Assembly: GCA_965205675.1 (NCBI GenBank)
Contig: OZ242186.1
Coordinates: 608,001 to 672,000 of the forward strand
Length of the DNA: 64,000 nucleotides
Origin: Nitrosopumilus sp.
GTDB lineage: Archaea; Thermoproteota; Nitrososphaeria; Nitrososphaerales; Nitrosopumilaceae
Direction of reading: 5' to 3'
The position numbers and the translations under genes were made by a program. The notes under the pieces are model-generated. The model saw nothing but the letters and a program-made list of their open reading frames with translations, was not told the DNA's origin and searched no databases. Positions 58,930 to 64,000 of this stretch are shown here, piece after piece. Position 1 is the stretch's first letter; each line of letters starts with the position of its first letter.

Positions 58930-60747
58930 TTACATCAAACTTTTGTCATGTGCTACTTTCTTCTGTCCTTTGTATAATGTGATGACTTCTTCATTGGTAG
59001 ATGCATTCTCTACTGCTTTTTCAACTCTTATCTTTCCAGTAAATTTTGGAAATCTCAAAGCCAACCCTGCATCTTTTCGTATAACATCCATTGCAGCTTT
59101 GTGAATTGGACTCAATGTAATTTCTGATGCCACCACCTCAATTACTAGTTCTGGTTCAAACCACACGTCTGCCTCCATCTCACTAATTATGCGCGGATTT
59201 CTTTTAATTGATACTTTTGGATTTAATATCTGAAATAATTGGTCTAGTGATTCATCTGTAAATCCCGTTCCAACCTTACAAATGCTTGGAAATGTGTCTT
59301 CATCTTCATCATAAGTTGCTAAGAGCAATGTTCCATAATTTCCTGTTCTTCTCCCTTTTCCAAAGAATCCGCCGATAACTACTAAATCAAGACTATCTCC
59401 TAATTCATTTCTATATTCTCTTTTTAGCTTTAACCAATGACTTCCTCTGGATCCTGCTTGGTACGGTTTGTCTAACATTTTTAGCATCAATCCTTCACTA
59501 CCTGAATTGATACTGTTTTCCATAAAGCCTTCAACTTCGTTTTTATTTTTTACTATGTCCATAGGGATGTATTTTGCAAATTCATCCTCTTTGACATGTT
59601 TTTCAAGCTTTTCTCTTCTTTCTTTGTAGCTTAATTCTGTACAACTTTTCCCATTACAATACAGAACATCAAAAAAATTTACTGTAATTGGATATTCTGT
59701 AACTGCTTTTTCTATCTTGTATTTTCTTCTTCTATGCATTAACTCTTGAAATGGCAAAAACTCTCCCGTATTTTCATTGATTGCAACTGCTTCTGCCTCT
59801 AAGATTATATTGTCTGCTTGGATATTTTTAGGAATTTTTTCCATGATATCTGGATAATAACTTTCAATATTCTCTAGACTTCTGGAAAACAAAGCAACTT
59901 TTTCCCCTTCTATGTGTAATTGCACTCTCTCTCCATCTAGTTTGTATTCTGCAGCAAATTCTGCTCCCATTTTTCCAATTGCTTCTTGTTCACTTTTTAC
60001 TCTGTCTGCTAGCATTGGTCTTATTGGATTAAACAAAATGATTTCAAACTTTTCAATTCCTTCCAAACCTTTTGTTGCAATGGTCTCTGCAACTTTGCCT
60101 AAATCGCTAGATACATTGTATGCATGTTGTATTTTTTTTCTATTTTCTTTATTACCTGAATATGTTATTGCTAAAGCATCCATTACTGTATTTTCTGCAA
60201 CTCCTAGTCGTAATGTTCCAAGTAACAACTTTGTAACAAATTTTACTTCTATTGGTTTTGATTTATTCCACAAGCTAGAAATAAAATTAATTTTTTTATC
60301 TTGAATATTTTTACCTGCTCCTTCTAATTGAGAAATTGACCATAATACTTCGTAAATTCTTTCAACTGTGTTGGCTTTTGTGTTAAAAATTGCTTCATCA
60401 TATGTGTCTGAATCAATACCGAAATCAAATAACCCTGTCTGTGTTTTTTTCTTTAGTGTATTTGAAATTGCAGTTCCAAGATCTCCTATTTTATTTAAAG
60501 TGGCAATGATGTCGTTTTCATTTATTCCTAATGATTTTTTTGCAGCTCTTAACACTAATTTTTCTGAAACCCCTAACTCAATTCCTTCAAAATCTGGTCT
60601 TAATTTTCCTTGAATGAGATAGATAATTTTAGAAATTACCTTGTTTGGAGTTTTTTCAAATAACTCTACTAAAAATTGTGTTAACTCTAATCTTTTTCTA
60701 GTTGACTCCATTTTGTTAAAAGATTCAGCTAAAACTGCAAACTCCAT
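58930..60747 (-). CDS. lig: ATP-dependent DNA ligase
   Basis: EYKLDGER, EGLMLK, WLKLK and LRFP. Confidence 0.96.
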   Translation of the reverse strand: MEFAVLAESFNKMESTRKRLELTQFLVELFEKTPNKVISKIIYLIQGKLRPDFEGIELGVSEKLVLRAAKKSLGINENDIIATLNKIGDLGTAISNTLKKKTQTGLFDFGIDSDTYDEAIFNTKANTVERIYEVLWSISQLEGAGKNIQDKKINFISSLWNKSKPIEVKFVTKLLLGTLRLGVAENTVMDALAITYSGNKENRKKIQHAYNVSSDLGKVAETIATKGLEGIEKFEIILFNPIRPMLADRVKSEQEAIGKMGAEFAAEYKLDGERVQLHIEGEKVALFSRSLENIESYYPDIMEKIPKNIQADNIILEAEAVAINENTGEFLPFQELMHRRRKYKIEKAVTEYPITVNFFDVLYCNGKSCTELSYKERREKLEKHVKEDEFAKYIPMDIVKNKNEVEGFMENSINSGSEGLMLKMLDKPYQAGSRGSHWLKLKREYRNELGDSLDLVVIGGFFGKGRRTGNYGTLLLATYDEDEDTFPSICKVGTGFTDESLDQLFQILNPKVSIKRNPRIISEMEADVWFEPELVIEVVASEITLSPIHKAAMDVIRKDAGLALRFPKFTGKIRVEKAVENASTNEEVITLYKGQKKVAHDKSLM

Positions 60748-60783
60748 TTTATTTCTCTATGTGATCTTGAATAAAAGTTTGAA

Positions 60784-61194
60784 TTAGATGTATCTGAAGA
60801 TTGTTGGCTTGTCTGATTTTGGAAGATCTGAAACTAGTGCAAAGTTGTAAAACGGGTATGTTTTCTTGTATTGTTTCATAAAACTCCATGCTACGTCATG
60901 TGTTTTGAATTCTGTTCTAATTCCTTCTATCTTACTTTTTTTCCCAAAAATGTCAAATGGTATAATCGAATATTCTTTTGGACGATTATGTGGTCTTGCT
61001 TTGAGGAGCCATGCAAATGCAAATACAAACACTGTTCCCAAGACTACATATTCTCCAGCAATTTTAAAAAATGTTAGAATTATTCCTGGTATGGTTTGCC
61101 CAAATAATACTGCCACAAAACTTGAAAAAGATATGACTGCCAATGCTGTGAAAATATACGTTTTCCAATCAAACACCTTTTGAAAAGCATTCAT
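60784..61194 (-). CDS. Hypothetical membrane protein
   Basis: Two TM helices and a soluble tail. Confidence 0.75.
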   Translation of the reverse strand: MNAFQKVFDWKTYIFTALAVISFSSFVAVLFGQTIPGIILTFFKIAGEYVVLGTVFVFAFAWLLKARPHNRPKEYSIIPFDIFGKKSKIEGIRTEFKTHDVAWSFMKQYKKTYPFYNFALVSDLPKSDKPTIFRYI

Positions 61195-61259
61195 GACCTA
61201 GTACAACTATGATGTTTTTTGATTTAACTATTTCCTATGATTGAGAAGATTTGAAATTG

Positions 61260-62393
61260 TCAATCTGGATCTTCATAGTTCTCTTTCTTTTCGCCACTGG
61301 ACGTATCTTCCATTGCCTTCATCTTACTTTCGAGAACATTCATTCTTGCTCTGTATCCTTCAGCATATTCTAACTCTGATGGAACTAATGTTGCTGGATG
61401 AATAAATCCTTGACTTCTGATTGCCATAGCTTTCTTTGTTGCATTTTCTCTAATGTAATCCCAATCTGGTGTTGAGAATCCGTCAAACGGTCCTGTTAAT
61501 TTTCCATTATGCATACTGAAAACTAGTGCTTCTACAATTGGAATGCAAAAGTTGATTGTAGCTGCAGAATTTAATTTTACAGGCATTAATGGCATATTGT
61601 GGCTGCCTCGTGTGTTTCCTGCAACATAGTGGGGATTGTTAAACACACTTCCCACTTCTTCAGTTGCTGGGAAATTTTTTTGGGTTCTTACTAGGCAAAT
61701 AGGATCATCTTTTCCAACATAAGTCCCTGCAATGTTGTGCAATCTGTCAGTTGATGCGTCTAGGATTGGCTCTCCGTCTTTTGTATATACTGAATCTACA
61801 ACATATCTTCCTGGATACATTAATGCAGCTTCAATCGTTGGTTTGTCTTCCCACAGATGCAATTCTGCAATTGCTGCCTTTTCTACATCCATGATGTTCA
61901 TTTTTACTCCTGCTGCAAGACTCTTGTTAACAATTAATCCTGTGTTACTAAGTGCGTCTACAAACATTCTGTATATTGGATAGTTAAATGCGCCTGGTTC
62001 TGTTTTATCTGCTGCAAATATTGTAAATGCTTCATTTGGTCTTTCTTCAAATTCCATCTCTGCAACTCCTGGGCCCATTCCTTTTACGTTTCCTGAAAAA
62101 GAATCTTTAAGTAAATCTTGTCCTGCCCCATACAGCCCTTCATCTTTTGCTACTTGTGTTCCTGCCATGAATGCATCCCATGCTAATTTGTGAACTTCTT
62201 TGTTGTCTACTCCATGAGTATGTGTCATGACGATATGTGTGTCGTCTCCACAATATCCTATGTAATGATCAATTAGTAAATCTCCTGAATTTTTGACGGT
62301 ATTTCTAATTGCTTTAACTAGTCCGTCACTTGGTTTTGTATGTCCTCCAACTCCGCCTACATCTGCTTTGATAACTGAAACTGTAATTTTCAT
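61260..62393 (-). CDS. fbp: Bifunctional FBP aldolase/phosphatase (class V)
   Basis: IKADVG, GLYGAGQDLL, ADKTEPGAFN, YVGKDDP and RGSH. Confidence 0.95.
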   Translation of the reverse strand: MKITVSVIKADVGGVGGHTKPSDGLVKAIRNTVKNSGDLLIDHYIGYCGDDTHIVMTHTHGVDNKEVHKLAWDAFMAGTQVAKDEGLYGAGQDLLKDSFSGNVKGMGPGVAEMEFEERPNEAFTIFAADKTEPGAFNYPIYRMFVDALSNTGLIVNKSLAAGVKMNIMDVEKAAIAELHLWEDKPTIEAALMYPGRYVVDSVYTKDGEPILDASTDRLHNIAGTYVGKDDPICLVRTQKNFPATEEVGSVFNNPHYVAGNTRGSHNMPLMPVKLNSAATINFCIPIVEALVFSMHNGKLTGPFDGFSTPDWDYIRENATKKAMAIRSQGFIHPATLVPSELEYAEGYRARMNVLESKMKAMEDTSSGEKKENYEDPD

Positions 62394-62523
62394 ATTTTTG
62401 ATTTTTATCTCTTTGATTTATGTGCTTTTAGCAAAGTCTTATGATCTGTAATTTATTGAAGATTTTCTATTCTTTCTTCAAAAATTCATAACAGTAATAA
62501 ATGCCCTCAGTTAGGCATTTCTT

Positions 62524-63822
62524 ATGGCAGATAAACCACACTTGAACCTGATTGTTACAGGACATATTGATAATGGAAAATCAACTACTATGGGTCATTT
62601 TTTGATGGATCTTGGAGTTGTAGATGAAAGAACAATTGCAGCCCACGGAGCAGAATCTGAAAAGACCGGAAAAGGTGATACTTTCAAGTATGCTTGGGTT
62701 ATGGATAACATTAAAGATGAAAGAGAACGAGGTATTACAATCGATTTAGCTTTCCAAAAGTTTGAGTCACCAAAGTATTTCTTCACTTTGATTGATGCTC
62801 CTGGTCACAGGGACTTTATTAAAAACATGATTACTGGCGCTTCTGAAGCAGATGCAGCCATCTTAGTACTTTCAGCAAAAGAAGGTGAAACCGATACTGC
62901 AATTGCAGCAGGTGGACAAGCAAGAGAACATGCATTCTTGTTGAAAACACTCGGTGTAGGCCAACTAATCATTGCAATAAACAAAATGGATGCAGTCGAA
63001 TACAAAGAAGATGCATTTAATGCAGCAAAAACAAAAGGTGAGGGCTTGGCAAAATCTGTCGGTTACAAATTAGATAATGTGCCTATCATTCCAGTATCTG
63101 GATGGAAAGGAGACAATCTCGTTAAAAAATCTGAGAACATGGCATGGTACAAAGGTAAGACCTTACTTGAAGCATTTGATGACTTTACAGTAACTGAAAA
63201 ACCAACTGGCAAGCCACTACGTGTTCCAATTCAGGATGTTTACACAATTACTGGTGTAGGAACTGTCCCAGTAGGTAGGGTTGAAACAGGTGTGATGAAA
63301 GCAGGCGACAAAATTGTTGTAATGCCTTCAGGTGCTCCCGGTGAAATCAAATCTATTGAAACTCACCATACTGAAATGCCATCTGCAGAAGCAGGTGACA
63401 ATATTGGTTTCAACCTTAGAGGTGTCGAAAAGAAAGATATCAAGAGAGGAGATGTTCTTGGTAGTCCTGATGCTCCTCCAAACGTTGCAAAAGAATTCAA
63501 AGCACAAATTATTGTAATTCATCATCCAACAGCAATTGCTCCTGGTTACACTCCAGTAATGCACGCACACACTACACAAGTTGCAGCAACTGTTACAGAA
63601 TTCCTTCAAAAGATCAATCCTGCAACTGGTGCAGTTGAAGAAGAGAATCCAAAATTCCTTAAAGTTGGAGATTCTGCAATTGTCAAAATTAGACCGGTGA
63701 GACCAACTTGTATCGAAACTTTCCAAGAATTCCCTGAAATGGGCAGATTTGCCCTTAGAGATATGGGTGCAACTATTGCAGCAGGTATTGTAAAGGAAAT
63801 TACCGAAGAGTACAAACCATAG
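62524..63822 (+). CDS. tuf: Elongation factor 1-alpha
   Basis: GHIDNGKST, RGITI, DAPGH, NKMD and GRFALRDM. Confidence 0.98.
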   Translation: MADKPHLNLIVTGHIDNGKSTTMGHFLMDLGVVDERTIAAHGAESEKTGKGDTFKYAWVMDNIKDERERGITIDLAFQKFESPKYFFTLIDAPGHRDFIKNMITGASEADAAILVLSAKEGETDTAIAAGGQAREHAFLLKTLGVGQLIIAINKMDAVEYKEDAFNAAKTKGEGLAKSVGYKLDNVPIIPVSGWKGDNLVKKSENMAWYKGKTLLEAFDDFTVTEKPTGKPLRVPIQDVYTITGVGTVPVGRVETGVMKAGDKIVVMPSGAPGEIKSIETHHTEMPSAEAGDNIGFNLRGVEKKDIKRGDVLGSPDAPPNVAKEFKAQIIVIHHPTAIAPGYTPVMHAHTTQVAATVTEFLQKINPATGAVEEENPKFLKVGDSAIVKIRPVRPTCIETFQEFPEMGRFALRDMGATIAAGIVKEITEEYKP

Positions 63823-63831
63823 GCGGATTTT

Positions 63832-64000
63832 ATGACACAAACCGCCCGTGTTAAACTCACTTCTACCAGTCTACCAAAATTGGATGGTGTTTGTGGGGAA
63901 ATCATGGGTATTGGTAAAAAAACCGGTGTTAAAGTTAAGGGTCCAACTCCACTTCCTGTAAAAAGATTACACATTGCTACTAGAAAATCCCCCTGTGGTA
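63832..64000 (+). CDS. rpsJ: 30S ribosomal protein S10, truncated by window end
   Basis: MTQTARVKL...KGPTPLP...RKSPCG directly after tuf. Confidence 0.93.
   Translation, partial: MTQTARVKLTSTSLPKLDGVCGEIMGIGKKTGVKVKGPTPLPVKRLHIATRKSPCG

Noticed and set aside
63328-63974. Long antisense ORFs over tuf, and similar ones over carB, lig and the antiporter
   Set aside because: Shadows of well-supported genes on the opposite strand

Overview
AT-rich archaeal chromosome segment. Gene content (CdvC/Vps4, PEFG-CTERM protein, FBP aldolase/phosphatase, EF-1alpha, PINA-type ATPase, tRNA splicing endonuclease) and protein style point to a Nitrosopumilus-like ammonia-oxidising archaeon; this is my recognition, not a database result. 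Most of the window is housekeeping: gltA, cdvC, carAB, atpF, lsrF-like, ilvBH-leuA-leuB, aspS, udg/mpg, endA, lig, fbp, tuf, start of rpsJ. Three IS elements are present (IS110, IS630, IS3), plus a probable accessory island of about 14 kb between cdvC and carA and several decaying pseudogenes. Best leads: (1) an IS110 element whose downstream non-coding end folds into an internal loop with strands matching the two element flanks, a candidate archaeal bridge/seek RNA; (2) an unannotated 19-codon Val/Leu-rich leader peptide before the ilv/leu operon, suggesting ribosome-mediated attenuation in an archaeon; (3) an island operon of a Ddl-like ATP-grasp ligase fused to a degenerate M20 domain, a cytoplasmic gamma-glutamyltransferase and an N-formylglutamate amidohydrolase; (4) a tandem-SDR protein resembling Chloroflexus malonyl-CoA reductase; (5) an apparent ATT start for carA; (6) a small GC-rich structured RNA candidate. 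All pairings and alignments were done by eye.
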